A stretch of 32,000 nucleotides of DNA, taken from Zygophlyctis sp. KS116. Taxonomy: Eukaryota > Fungi > Chytridiomycota. A program made the position numbers and the translations under genes. The stretch is taken from assembly GCA_054661495.1 (NCBI GenBank), contig BAAFSQ010000053.1, forward strand, positions 1 through 32,000, written 5' to 3'. The notes under the pieces were generated by a model that saw only the letters and a program-made list of their open reading frames with translations, was not told the origin of the DNA and ran no database searches. This document shows positions 10,990 to 23,854 of this stretch, one piece after another; the first letter of the stretch is position 1, and every line of letters starts with the position of its first letter.

Positions 10990-11289
10990 TAGGATCAATC
11001 CTGATAATAATTGCGAAATTCAAGTTTTGTAGTAAAAAGGCGTTGAATCAATAACAATTCCTCCATTCCAACACGAGTATACCTGGACGGGAAATCCCTT
11101 CGCTGCACGAGACTTATCAATAGGATCATCACCTTGGAACATATCCCATACACTATTATCATCATATATCAAGTCTCCTCTTATTGTTCTAGCCACCCAT
11201 GAATCATAAAAAGAATCCATACTTGGATGAATATCAATCGGACAAGCCATCACTGCACCAGATATTGCTTGTTGAAGAATCAATTCCAA
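10990..11289 (-). pseudogene. Fragment of an alpha-1,3-mannosyltransferase (CMT1/CAP59, GT69 family)
   Basis: LELILQQ..AVMACPID, FYDSWVARTIRGD and PVQVYSCWNGGIVID are GT69-type motifs. It is truncated at both ends. Confidence 0.7.
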
Positions 11290-11600
11290 AATATAGCAAA
11301 AAAACTATTTAGCTTAATCTTGGTTTAACAGATTTCATTTTGATCCCATTGATCATACAGTTTAAATATCTAATTTGGCCAGTCCAAAGTTGAGAGGTCT
11401 AAGTACTCTATCTCTGTTTTTGTAAATTTCATCATTAAAGCTTTCAAATCGTCTGTTGCAATCACATCCATCCCAACGACAAGATTTTTGTTTTCAGCGA
11501 CCACTGCGCAGTGTCCGAACTCTCTGCAAAAGTTAACAAGATGAAGAAAATATATATTATTAATACTGAATCAAGAGAGATGGTCTGATTTTATCAGCAA

Positions 11601-12419
11601 TTAACAAAGGCTCCCAAAAATCTTGTCTAAATCATCTTTTTTCTTGGATGCTTTGATTTTCCTTGTCTTGACTTTCTTGCTTGCATCTTTCACCTTGGGC
11701 ATATCCTTACTTTTGAAATCTTTTTTAGACCAAAATTCATCTGATAAAGCAGATTTTTCAACTTTAAAATTACTACTTGCATTGACATGATCATCTGGAT
11801 CATTATCTGATGAAGAACCTTGCAAATCAATCTTTTCCTTGTCTGTTAAATTATTGTTATTTTGAGAAAAATCCCATTCTAAAAATTCTTTAAAAGAGAG
11901 TATAGCATTGGGCAATTTCATAGATGTATTTTTGATTGGTACAAGTGTTTCATATGCAGTCTTTATATTTTCTTGTAATTCTTGAATCAAGAATTGTATT
12001 CGAGCCAAAATACCCATTGCAAATAATGATATTGACATAAAGTATGTAAGTTCAACCTGTCTTTTGAATGCAATATATGCAACCATTATTTCTGACTTTG
12101 TCTAGTATTAACAATTTAAATTCCAACCTTTTCCAATAGAGCAAACGAATGAAGCATCTTAAAGCATCCGTCTTCCATAGATTCCTGTTTATTATCTAGA
12201 TAATCTTTTATCCAAGGGGCAAGATTGATATTCAAAAACTTTTTCAAGTGTTTTTGTACCTTACAGTGACATAATGAAGCTTACCGATGACAATTTGTGA
12301 AAGTAATCCGATCGCCGATGTTGATTCTTATTCTTGTATATCCATTTTTTTAGTAGAATGATTTCATTCTTTAGAACTGCTTTTCCAAGTGATTTTTTCA
12401 GAATGGCAAACTCTTTCAT
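11601..12419 (-). CDS. RNase MRP subunit Rmp1 / NEPRO N-terminal domain protein
   Basis: WIYKNKNQHRRSDYFHKL motif, YFMSISLFAMGILARI and a Lys-rich tail ending DDLDKIFGSLC. Introns at 12260-12284 and 12102-12127. Confidence 0.8.
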
Positions 12420-12573
12420 TTTTTAGAGACTAGGCCAATGTCCGAATATAAGATGATTTTAATGCATTTTCTCAATGCATATTTCTGTAATCATTATTAA
12501 TTTAGAATAGAAACAATTCTAAATTAATGCCATCATAATTGGTTTGACGTCGCTCATTGTTTGTAATTTTAAA

Positions 12574-13191
12574 ATGAAACGTTTGCTTTTGTTTCTACCC
12601 GCCCTTGCAACTGCCACTAGTATGAATTATGATGTCGCCATGTTTCCAGAGGACTCCTCTGCATCGGGTCCTTTCGATGGGATACCTCTGTGCGGCTCTG
12701 GATTTCATTTGGACTTTCGGGGTGCCGTGGATAAATGCTTGGCTGTATGGCATCGAGGTCCTCAATCTTACATTTATGCAACAGGAAGTCTCAACGACCA
12801 GGGTGGTTTGAATTTTTCTGTTTATTGTGACAGTGACTGTAAAACCTGCTTAGTCAAAACTGTCGTCCCTGACTTCTTTGCAGCTCCCAATTGCACTCGA
12901 GCAGCCATCACATACAAACCCTTTCCTGACAGCCAGGATCATCTGTTCCGAGTTGATGTGAAGATGAATTCACCCTTGGTGTATAGTCCTCTATCTTCTA
13001 CTTTGTTGTCTGTGGCGCCTACCACGACTATCTCTGGGGTCATTGGTACCTTATCAGCTACGATCACTTCCTCCGCGGTGAGATCTACTCCAACCTCGGA
13101 TCAGAAGAGTGGTGCGGCTTCATCTCGCGTCACTTTGACTGGATTAATGATGTTGCTCGCTCTGTCAGGCATCCCATACTTGTTCATTTGA
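12574..13191 (+). CDS. Putative GPI-anchored secreted protein with a six-Cys N-terminal domain and Ser/Thr-rich stalk
   Basis: Signal peptide MKRLLLFLPALATA, S/T-rich linker, and an omega-like SGAA followed by hydrophobic tail VTLTGLMMLLALSGIPYLFI. Confidence 0.8.
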   Translation: MKRLLLFLPALATATSMNYDVAMFPEDSSASGPFDGIPLCGSGFHLDFRGAVDKCLAVWHRGPQSYIYATGSLNDQGGLNFSVYCDSDCKTCLVKTVVPDFFAAPNCTRAAITYKPFPDSQDHLFRVDVKMNSPLVYSPLSSTLLSVAPTTTISGVIGTLSATITSSAVRSTPTSDQKSGAASSRVTLTGLMMLLALSGIPYLFI

Positions 13192-13442
13192 GAGGTTGTG
13201 AATGTGACAGTTTATCAATAGATAAAGTCTTTGAATAATTAAATACCTTTCATTCCAAAGATTCATCAATTGAATGATAAAGCTTTTTGATTACAACACC
13301 GTAATATGATTTCTTTAACCGTTTTTAATTTATATTTTTACTTTTTAGCCAATGTCCAGTCATAAGGATCATTACTTGATCATAATGATTAGCAGATCCG
13401 TTTATACGCGACTAACAAGTAGAAGTCTGTCCGAGATTAAAC

Positions 13443-14923
13443 ATGGCAAGAGATAGAGACACAGCAGCAGCTTGTAAATTACAACCAGAAATATCAAGAG
13501 TCAATGCTAATGCACTAGTACATCATGATTTTAGATCCAGTAGAATGGCAACTGTAATGGTTATTTGTTTGGCTATTTTTGTTGATATTGTAATTTGAAA
13601 GTGTTAATATATATAGGCAGTTTATGGTGTAGTTATGCCCACTTTGCCGGCTAGGATTGTGGATAAATTACATTTAGATGTTTCGTATGTTGGAATACTT
13701 GTTGCTATTTACGCAATTGGACTGATATTAGTTACGCCATTCATTTCATTCTATTCAGATCGGTTCAAAAATAGAAAATTACCAATGTTATTGGGATTAA
13801 TCGGACTCATTATTACTACTCTTGCTTTTGCATATACTGCATCGTTTGCTGGACTAGCAATTGCAAGGTTTGGACAAGGAGTCTCTGCTGGTATTTCATG
13901 GACGATTGGATTGGCAATGATATCAGATGTATATATTCCATCAGAGATTGGTTCTGTTATGGGATATGTTTTAACTGCAAATTCTATAGGATTTCTAATT
14001 GGGCCTCCATTGGGTGGAATTCTTTCTCAATACTTGAGTCAAGAATCTCCATATTTATTTTGTACTGGATTAGCATTCATAGATTTGCTAGGAAGATTGT
14101 ATATTAAAACGGATGCAAGAATTGGTCAAGATGATGAAACTGAAAGATTAATCAACTCGCATTCAAGTTCACGCTCAAATTCACCTCATTCTCTTAATTC
14201 TCATCAAACTGCCAATACAGATATTATAAATACAGATAATTCAGTCTCAGATTCCGATACTAAAATATGCTATTCAGTTTATTCATTTTTGGACTGCCAA
14301 GTATTTATAACAAGTTTAGCAGTAATAATATCAGCAAGTGTATTTTCAGGCATTGAACCCACTTTACCCATCTATTTGGCACAAAAGTATGATTTGAAAG
14401 TTTCTGAAATTGGATGTTTATGGCTTTGTATTATATTTCCTAATATGATTGCTGGAATTCTTTCAGGAAATTTGTCGGACAAGTATGAAATTTCACTCTA
14501 ATAATAGATATGGACGCAAAAATATTACTGCATTAGGACTTTTTCTATTTGGAATAGTGTCAATTTTGATTGGTTTTACAGACAGTTTATGGGAATTAAT
14601 AATTACCTTGCTCTTGTTTGGATTTACATCTGGAATCGCTGCAACTCCTTCTTTGCCTGAATTTGCTGATTTCGCTCAAGAGAGAGGAGGTAAAATGTAT
14701 GCACAAGCTTATGCACTTTATAATATCTCATACTCTTTTGGAATGATTACTGGACCAATCATGGGAGGGTATTTATATCAGTCAATAGGTACTTTGAATG
14801 TTTTTATTAAAAGGATTTAAATATCAAATGATCGTTTTTGGATTGATAAATATGGTGTTTTCGCCAATAGTCTTTTACTTTTGGTGGATTAAAAGCCCTT
14901 TTGCAGATTTAACGCCTGTTTGA
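13443..14923 (+). CDS. MFS transporter, SLC18/vesicular amine transporter-like
   Basis: LAIFVDIAVYGVVMPTLP, SDRFKNRK, ARFGQG, GFLIGPPLGG, SDKYGRK and AQAYALYN. Introns at 13590-13616, 14483-14507 and 14789-14813. TGA at 14921-14923. Confidence 0.9.
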
Positions 14924-14929
14924 TAGATT

Positions 14930-16261
14930 ATGCGTTTAATATATTTATCACAAAAGACGCTATGCCTTAGACTATTTCTGAGCTTTATTCTGATTCTTGG
15001 TAAACTGATCAGTAGGCGATCTAGACCAGTTCTGATCATTTCTCTTGATGGTTTTAGGCGTGATTATCTAGATACAGGACTTTTGCCAACGCTGCAGATC
15101 ATGGCTCAGGAAGGACTTATTGCTGAATATTTACTTCCGGTATTTCCCAGTATTACTTTTCCCAATCATTACTCTATAGCAACAGGATTATATCCGGAAT
15201 CTCATGGTAATTTTGCTTAGTAATCTTAGGAATTGTATCTAATTATTTCTTTGATTCTGATCTTAATGATACATTCTTTTACGGTAATGATACCAAGAAT
15301 AAACAGGCTGTATGGTGGAAAGGAGATCCGATTTGGAAAACGGTTCAAAGGTATGGACTCTCATCAGGAGTTATAATGTGGCCTGGATCAGAAGCAATTA
15401 AAGCAACACCAGATTATTATCTTGAATTCTCAAATTCAATGAGTTTAACTCAAAAATGTGATCAGATAATTGAATGGGAGGAAAATCATAATCTTGATCT
15501 ATACATGATTTACGTTCCTGAAATTGATGAGATTGGACATATATATGGTGTTGATTCAAAAGAGGTAAATTAGCTGATTTTGATTACAGTTGAATCAAAC
15601 ACTTTTAATGATTGATAATGGTATTTTATATCTCTTAAATCAACTTTCTATACGATCACTAGAATGGGATATTTTGATTGTAAGTGATCATGGTATCTTT
15701 TTCTAAATAATTACAATAGGAATGACAAATACTAGTCCTGATAGATTAATTCATCTGGACAATATTATTGATATTGCTAAAGTAAATATTTTTGAAGCAG
15801 GGCCATTTATAATGATTTATCCTGTAATTGAATCTGGTAATTTGCCCCATTCACTGAATTTAGATTTAATTTCTGTTTATGGAGAATTGTATAATTCTCA
15901 ATCACATTTTAGTGTTTGGAATCATAGTTCACTTCCAAAAGATTATCATTATTTGTACAAGACTAGAGTAGGACCAATTATTTTACAAGCGCATCTGGGT
16001 TATGTAATAACCGTTACAAATGCTAGTACTTATAATGCAAGTTATCCATGGCCTTTAGGATTTCATGGATATCCTACAACTGATAAGGAGATGCATGCAT
16101 TGTTTTTAGCAAATGGACCATCTTTTATAAAGGGAAACGAAATTCCACCTTTTTCTAATGTGGAAATTTATCAGTTAGTTTCATATCTACTGGGTATTAG
16201 ACCTAGTTCTCATAATGGAAGTACTGTTTGGATGGACGAGATGAAAACTCGAATGATATAG
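14930..16261 (+). CDS. Type I nucleotide pyrophosphatase/phosphodiesterase (ENPP/NPP family)
   Basis: ISLDGFR, catalytic PSITFPNHYSIATG, DEIGH, VSDHGM and GFHGY. Introns at 15207-15229, 15565-15589, 15693-15719 and probably an in-frame one at 15837-15863. Confidence 0.93.
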
Positions 16262-16322
16262 CACGTGTATGGATTTTAATAGACTGACTCGTGGAATTTG
16301 CGAGTAAAGTCTCGAAACCGCC

Positions 16323-16337
16323 AAAAGGTTCGGGAAT
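16323..16337. promoter_or_regulatory. Candidate heat-shock element
   Basis: aAAAggTTCggGAAt matches nGAAnnTTCnnGAAn with one mismatch, about 45 nt upstream of the HSP104 ATG. Confidence 0.45.
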
Positions 16338-16381
16338 TCGCGTCAAAACTATAAAAGCCGTCAACGTTTGACAGATCTGAA

Positions 16382-19044
16382 ATGGATTTTGACATTTTGA
16401 CTGATAGATTAAAGAAAAATTTAAATCAGGCTGTAGAGCTTGCAAGGGATAATAGCCATGTACAGTTGTATCCTGTACATTTGCTTATGGCTATGATTGA
16501 TGATAAGGAAGGTATTGCCCGGCAATTGATTCAAAAACTTAAATGGGATTTTTCATCTCTAAGAAATGCTCTTGAAGAACTGTTATCTAAACTGCCAAAA
16601 CAATCGCCTCCTCCAGTGAATTATCAGATGTCTCTTGCTTTCCAGGATATCATGAATAAGGCAAGATCTTTACAGCGACAATCTGGTGATTCTTTTATTT
16701 CTGTTGATACAATGCTTCTCGTCATATTGGAAGTCAAGGAAATAAATTCTGCTCTAAATGGTGCTGGATTTAGAAATCCCTTATTTGTTCAGGCTATTGC
16801 AGATATGAGAGGATCTAAAAAAGTAACTCAAGCTAATGCTGAAGAGAATTTTGAAGCTCTTAATAAGTATGCTATTGATTTGGTCAAATTGGCTATTCAA
16901 GGGAAACTTGATCCTGTCATTGGAAGAGATGAAGAGATTAGAAGAGTGATTAGAGTTTTAGCAAGACGTACAAAGAATAATCCTGTACTAATTGGACCTC
17001 CTGGAGTGGGTAAAACTGCAATTGCAGAAGGTTTAGCTCAGAGAATAGCTAATAATGACATTCCAGAATCTTTGAAATGTAGCTTATTCTCTTTGGATAT
17101 GGGGGCACTTATTGCCGGTGCAAAATATCGAGGAGAATTTGAAGAGAGGCTTAAAGCTGTTTTAAAAGAGATTGAAGATGCTCAAGGGAAAATTATTCTT
17201 TTCATTGATGAAATGCATCTGATACTAGGAGCTGGCAAATCGGATGGGGCTATGGATGCCGCTAATTTGTTAAAGCCTATGCTTGCCAGAGGGCAATTAA
17301 GGTATTTTTTATATATTATTCATAAAAAAGGTGTATTGGTGCAACAACTCTGGAAGAATATAGAAAATATGTTGAAAAAGACGCTGCTTTTGAAAGAAGG
17401 TTTCAGCCAGTCTATGTTGGTGAACCTTCAGTGATTGATTCTATTTCTATTCTACGTGGATTGAAGGATAGATATGAAACTCACCATGGAGTAACAATAT
17501 CGGATGCTGCACTAGTTCTTGCTGCCCAGCTAGCAGACAGATACATCACCACTCGTTTTCTACCTGATAAAGCGATTGATTTGGTTGATGAGGCATGTGC
17601 GCATACCCGTGTTGTATTGGATAGTCAACCAGAAATTATGGACCAGATGAAACGAAGAAAGTTGCAATTGGAAGTTGAAGCTACAGCTCTATCTCGTGAA
17701 AAAGATCAAGCCAGTCAGCAGCGTCTAGCTCGTGTAAAAGAAGAAATATCAAAGATTGAAGAGGATCTTAAACCCCTGCAAGTTCGATATGAAACTGAAA
17801 AGACTCGTATCAATCAGATTCAAGAGCTCAATCAAAAACTTGATAGTCTAAAAGTCAAGTTGGAGGATGCCAAGAGACGCCATGATCTTCCATTAGCTGC
17901 AGATATACAGTATGGAGCAATCCCTGATGTGGAAAAACGTCTTCAAGATCTTAATGCTATCGAGGAAGAGATGAGTGACGCTGGTTCTGATCAGTTATTA
18001 ACTCAAGTTGTCGGGCCAGATCAAATTATGGAGGTAGTTGGAAGATGGACAGGGATACCAGTTTCTCGTTTGAACCAGTCTCAATCCGAGCGACTGCTCC
18101 ACTTAGATGATAGACTCAAAAAACGAGTGATTGGACAAGATGCTGCTGTTTCTTCTGTGTCTGAAGCTATAATTAGATCGCGTTCGGGTCTTTCTAGACG
18201 CAATCAGCCTATTGGAAGTTTCCTCTTTTTAGGTCCAACTGGAGTTGGCAAAACTGAATTGGCTAAAGCTATTGCTTTTGAACTTTTTGATGATGATAAG
18301 CAAATTGTTCGAATTGATATGTCTGAATATATGGAAAAGCACTCTGTGTCAAGATTAATTGGAGCTCCACCTGGCTATGTGGGCTATGAAGAAGGGGGAC
18401 AACTCTCTGAACCTATCAGAAGACGTCCATATAATGTGGTATTGTTTGATGAAGTTGAAAAAGCCCATACTGATGTATTAAATGTACTATTACAAGTCCT
18501 TGATGATGGCCGATTAACTGATGGTCAAGGTCGTACTGTTGATTTTAGCAATACTGTAATAATTCTTACGTCAAATGTTGGTGCTGAATATATGCAAGCA
18601 GAACACAGTGGATCTTTATCTTCGCCGATTCAAGACATGGTTATGCAACAGGTTCGCCTCCGTTTCAGACCAGAATTCTTGAACCGTTTGGATGATATCA
18701 TCATTTTCAATCCACTCTCCCAAGAAAATCTTTTCCAAATTGTTCGTCTTCAATTGGGTGTAGTTTCTGAACTGTTAAAGTCAAGAGAAATCCGTATTTC
18801 GTTGGATGATTCAGCCATCATGTCTATATTAAGAGATGCTTATAATCCAGCTTATGGTGCAAGACCTATAAGAAGATACTTGGAAAAGACTATTGTGACG
18901 CAACTCTCTTTAATGATTCTCAGTCCTACAAATCCTTTAAAAAATGGAAGCAATATTTTTGTCTATGATAAAGACTCTGCTCCAAAAGATAGTGTGATTG
19001 CAAAGAACTTGGGATATTATATTGAAGATAAAATGGTTGAATAG
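16382..19044 (+). CDS. HSP104: Hsp104/ClpB AAA+ disaggregase
   Basis: [42 protein letters not shown], a middle coiled coil, GPTGVGKT and [19 protein letters not shown] single 29-nt intron at 17302-17330 gives LRCIGATT. Confidence 0.97.
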
Positions 19045-19223
19045 GTTGAATGAATAAATGATATGAGTACTTATCTTAAATCAAGCTTAGTTGCGTTTCC
19101 AAGGATCAATTGACCTGTACTTGTTATCATTGAACATGCATTGGAAATCATTGGACATGATCATTCAAAATACTGTCAAAATATGCTGTACAGTGCATTA
19201 GTCGCTATTAAAAAGGGTTCTTA

Positions 19224-20265
19224 ATGGAACAATCATCAAGCGATCAAGGCCTTGTAGTTATGACATTCAATGTTTTAGCTCGTAAGTCAATTTATCGGTT
19301 AACCGAATTTTTAGAATGTTTGATCAAGAGAGAGTTTTATCCGCATTGCTCAAAGCAAGATCTAAAGCTAAAGGTGAATATATGATCTTATTATCAGTTT
19401 AGAGCACCAAAAGTCATACAAGAAATCTTACGACATGATCCGGATATTGTACTCTACTGTCGTTTTAATGATAGGCATGCTTGCAAGAAGTAGATTTCTT
19501 GGAAGAATTTGGATCGCCGCTAAAGGATTATGGATATGATTGGAAACTCAAAAAAAAATCTGTTAATGGGCATGGACTGGCTATAATTTATAAAACGAGC
19601 AGATTAGTCATAAAAGATTACAAGGAAATTAATTATGATCAGATCAATAATTTCAATTCTTGCTTTGTGACTTTAGAAACCGGAAATATGGCTCAGATGA
19701 TCTATTTTGAAATTCTAAATTCAAATAGAAACATTATTATTACAAATACACATTTGTATTGGAGGCCAGATGCATCTGCTATAAAGATTAAACAAGCATG
19801 GACATTGATAGAATCTCTCTATGATTTTAAAAGTAAACATGATGCAACTGTTTTATTATTTGGTGGTAATTTATAGATTTAGTAAATCAGTAAGATTGGA
19901 ACACAATGCCACAAGATATTCTATATAGGCTTTTAACGAGAAAAGAATCGGTCTCTGAATATGAATTAGCGCATGTATTTGAAAAGAATATAGATCATGG
20001 AAGTCCAGAGTATCCTGCAGCATGCGAGAAAATCTTGGGATTTTTCCCAAAAGTTCCAAAACTCAAGAGTACTTTTAAAGAATTTCATGGGAATGAACCG
20101 CCTTATACAACTATTTCAAAAGATTTTACTGGAGTCTTGGATTATATATTTATTTGGGGATCGGACATGGAAATTTTTAATGTAAAGCAGATGCGTGAAA
20201 TAGGAGAGATTCCTAATTCTCATTTCCCATCTGATCATGTCCCAATTGTGGCAACATTTTTATAA
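19224..20265 (+). CDS. EEP-family nuclease/phosphatase, NGL/Angel/CCR4-like
   Basis: MTFNVLAQCLIKR, DIACLQEVD, TNTHLYWRP, GGDWNTMP, LDYIF and FPSDHVPI. Introns at 19282-19314, 19374-19397, 19449-19474 and 19866-19894. Confidence 0.9.
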
Positions 20266-20772
20266 TTGAAATCTTAAGACATAGATCAGTAGTTTGTAAA
20301 GCGTAATTACTATCCTAAAAAGTTGGATGAGTTACTAGAACATGAAGCATGCAATATATTTTCGGACAACTTTTAGTTTCCTAATAACTGTATTTCAGAT
20401 CTGAAACAGAAACATGATGAGTTATAAATTGAAACATGCCGTAACGGCAATAATGATTAAAGAATAAGGATGGACGATCACCATAATCTTAATCATAATT
20501 AAAAAATGATTATGAGTATGAGTAAATTAAGAAATTTTTATTAATCACTTTAATCACAATCACAGCTCTAAGCTTATAAAAATGACTGAGGATGATCAAA
20601 TAGTGGAGAAGAAATAGAACAGCATAGTTCAGTAAATTCCGCAATAAAATCTTTTTATTTTCCAATTGTTTTTGATAAGCATCCAATAGCTCAAGTCTTT
20701 TCTTGATTCTTTGTTGAAGTAGATACTTTGACATATTAAAATAATTCTTCTTTCTTCGTCACTTCACAGGCC

Positions 20773-21469
20773 ATGATTACCCCCTATTACGTATTGGATT
20801 ATAGTCAACTTTCGCTCATCACTATAAATCCGACAGGAAATTCACTTGTTGATAATTCCATATTGTCTCCAGTGATTCGTTATAGATTTGGATCTATCAA
20901 ACCTTACGAGAACTTACCAAGTGAAACAATTCGACTTTTAAGCAATGGCGTGCATAGAAACTTACATGTGGGCAAATTATTCACGGTTGATCCTGAATCA
21001 ACAGCTATAACAATCAATCTATTTGGTGGGATGCTTCTCCGCCTATAATTATAACCAGAATCAATCCCAATCCTGATAAAATAGTTACATTTGCTGCCAA
21101 CTGCGACGGTCAGGATCATACTGTTAGAATCAATCAATGGGATTGTTTTTTCACTACAAGTGCCGTCCGATCACAGGAAACAATTACCAGCAAGTTCTGA
21201 GTAGCAATGTCCTTTACAATGGGAACAAACAAATAGATTCCAACTTTGAAAACTGCTACAACTTCTTTTTCCAAAACTTGCAAATGTTGCCCAATTCGGA
21301 ATATACAAATCCTGTAAAGTATTTCAACATTCCTTCAAATCAAAAAGCATATACCTACCGTGCATTTTACACCGTTCAACGCAAGCAAACTACTACCGCA
21401 CCTGTTCAATGCCCATTTGATAGTTGCTATACAACAGGATCATGGCCTGGTGATGAGCCATGCATATAG
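20773..21469 (+). pseudogene. Hypothetical protein split across three overlapping frames
   Basis: Open frames 20773-21048, 20997-21200 and 21137-21469 can be joined by two -1 shifts. No family was recognised and no intron was found that repairs it. Confidence 0.35.
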
Positions 21470-21588
21470 ATTTCTGTCGTTGAATACGATTTTAGAGTCT
21501 CAATACTATTGATTTCCTTGAGTGCAAACGTTATCAGCAAGTTTTTATGTTGACGATTGTGAGTTTGCGTTAGGTCAGCGCAGAAGAA

Positions 21589-21794
21589 ATGGGCATTGGT
21601 TTCTCTTCGGTAGATGTGCTAGACATTTGTAAAGAGGAATTACAAGCATCTCAAACATGCATGAAGAAGTGTAATTATTCGAGAGATCGGTATATGGTGG
21701 AATGTAGGACAATCTTTCAGAAATATAGAGATTGTAAGAAAAAATGTGTACACTTATTTATATTTATGTAAAGAATCAAAAAAAGTTTGATTAG
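21589..21794 (+). CDS. Twin CX9C mitochondrial intermembrane-space protein, COX23-like
   Basis: CKEELQASQTC and CRTIFQKYRDCKKK form two CX9C motifs linked by NYSRDR. A probable 26-nt intron at 21748-21773 leads to NQKKFD*. Confidence 0.75.
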
Positions 21795-23798
21795 ATTTGC
21801 AAAATTGAATTATATAATTCATGATAGACTTGCCAATGATAGACAAATAATTGTTTGCATTTGTTACCTAGAATATCGATTTCTTTTTTTAATGATACAA
21901 GCCCATGCTTTTGTAGTAATGATTCGTCCAAAAGGTTTCCATTAATAATGGTTGATAGGTGAACCTTGACTCGAGTTAAGATCAGGTTGTATAAGGCATC
22001 ATTGGAATCTAGAGATTTGCTAATCATTGATGATAAAATAGAAGTTTCAGATATAGTCAAGGCGAATCCTCGAGTAGTTTCTATGAGATTTTTCAAGTCC
22101 AAAACTATATGTTCGACAGTGACATCTTCTTCATTAAGTAAAACCTTTTCACGAGATTTAACTTTTTCTAGTATTTCCATTGTACAATGCTTTCCTAACA
22201 ATTGTTTGACAACCATTTGTAAAATTGAAACTATTCCAATATCTTGTATTTCACTGTGAAACCCTCTTATGCGATCATGATCCAAAGAAAATGTCTCTGG
22301 AATATCACCATATGATAGCGTTGGTAATGATATTAATAGTTCCAAAAAAGAGTTTAAGAAAAGATCCCTAGTGTTTAATTCTTCAGATGGAGTTCCAAAA
22401 GCGGCCATCCATTGAGCAGTTGCATCTAATCCAATGATTTCACAATCTACTCGATCTTTGAACCATTTCCATTCGAATTCAACAGCCTTTTCCAATACAA
22501 ATGGACGTAGACGGCTCATTTGATAATTGGCATAATCTAATTTCATAAGCTCTAAAAGCTCAAATAGATGTTGCATCGTTTTCCCAAAATCCCCCGATTT
22601 GCAAGTTTCAACCATGGCTTTTACTGTTTCATCTCTTATAGGAGCGCAGTGTCTGAGAAGTATCGTTCCAAGACTTTGGATTACAGTGAATGGGTTGAAT
22701 ACTCCATGAGTGAGCTGTTGAGATACCAACTTGACATCTACCCATTCAGAAATTTCTGTGACTATATGATCCGATTTTGGTAACAATTCCAAAAGTATAG
22801 TTTTTACTTCATGGAAAAGCAGCGGGACTCTATAAAAATGACCTTGAGCAACTTCATCTGAAAAATCTTTCCAAAATTGAGCAGTAACTTCTCTTTTTGT
22901 ATCTCCAGCTTCGCCTTCTTCAATATTTGGCTTGAATTTAAGATTAGGATCAAATACGAGATCATGTCTTATCTGAGCATTTGATACTATTTCTACAACA
23001 TCAAGTTCTCTTAAAGCAAAATGATTAATTGCCGGTAATAATGGCAAAAGATCCATAAAACTTAACTCATCCAATTCCAAGAAAGTTTCTGGATCTAAAG
23101 ATTTCGTCTCTTGGGCCTTTTCTGCAATACTTTCATTACACAGCAACCGATACAAATTTTTTGGAGATAAAAGAGGTAATTTATCATCATCTGATTCAAA
23201 ACTTTCGGGTTCCAGCTCTGGTACATTTAAAGTACTACAAGAGTCATGTTCGAACAATTCCATTAAAGAATCTGAAAGAACTTGATTTAGTGTATTCATT
23301 TTTTTAAATTTCTGAATCAGTGCCACATTCCTTTGTATTAGCCCATTACAAAACTTACTGTACGTATTCAATTCTTGCAGTCCATTTTTCGATATTTGAT
23401 TGTAAGAATGCCTGACGCTTAATAGAAGCTTTAGATTGAGCATAATCAATTTTAGCCTTGAGTTTGAGTCTCATTAATTTTGATTTGTGAGTCATAATCA
23501 TTTTCCTATACTGTAACTGATAATGCCTAGCTTTCAGCCGCTGTATCCTATCCATCATAAACTTGTCTCTTCTTTTAGAATGCATTGCACATTTCTGATT
23601 CAAGTCCTTTTCTGTGATTGTGTTTTTAGAGTGTTTCATGAAATGAGTGCATTTATGAGTATCCAATGCAATGTAGAATGAAACTGATCTCTTTTCACCA
23701 GTAACAGCATGATCATGAGATTCTTTTGTACAAGATTGATCATTGCCAGTATATGTAGGGATCACTGATTGACTAATGATGATATGTCCGGAATGCAT
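21791..23798 (-). CDS. T-complex protein 11 (TCP11/SOK1) family protein
   Basis: AQIRHDLVFDPNLKFKPN, HCAPIRDE, LELMKLDYANYQ and IPETFSLD. A 28-nt intron at 23331-23358 joins the 147-aa upstream ORF in frame. Confidence 0.9.
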
Positions 23799-23822
23799 TT
23801 TTAAAATTTAAACCGATAGTGG

Positions 23823-23854
23823 CGTCTATAAATATGGGCTGCCGTCTATAAATA
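23823..23854 (+). promoter_or_regulatory. Duplicated TATA-containing element in the SOK1/cyclin C divergent intergenic region
   Basis: CGTCTATAAATA occurs at 23823 and 23843, a 20-nt period. Confidence 0.4.

Noticed and set aside
20510-20734. 74-aa minus-strand ORF
   Set aside because: No recognisable domain or splice model. It may be a decayed fragment but cannot be supported.
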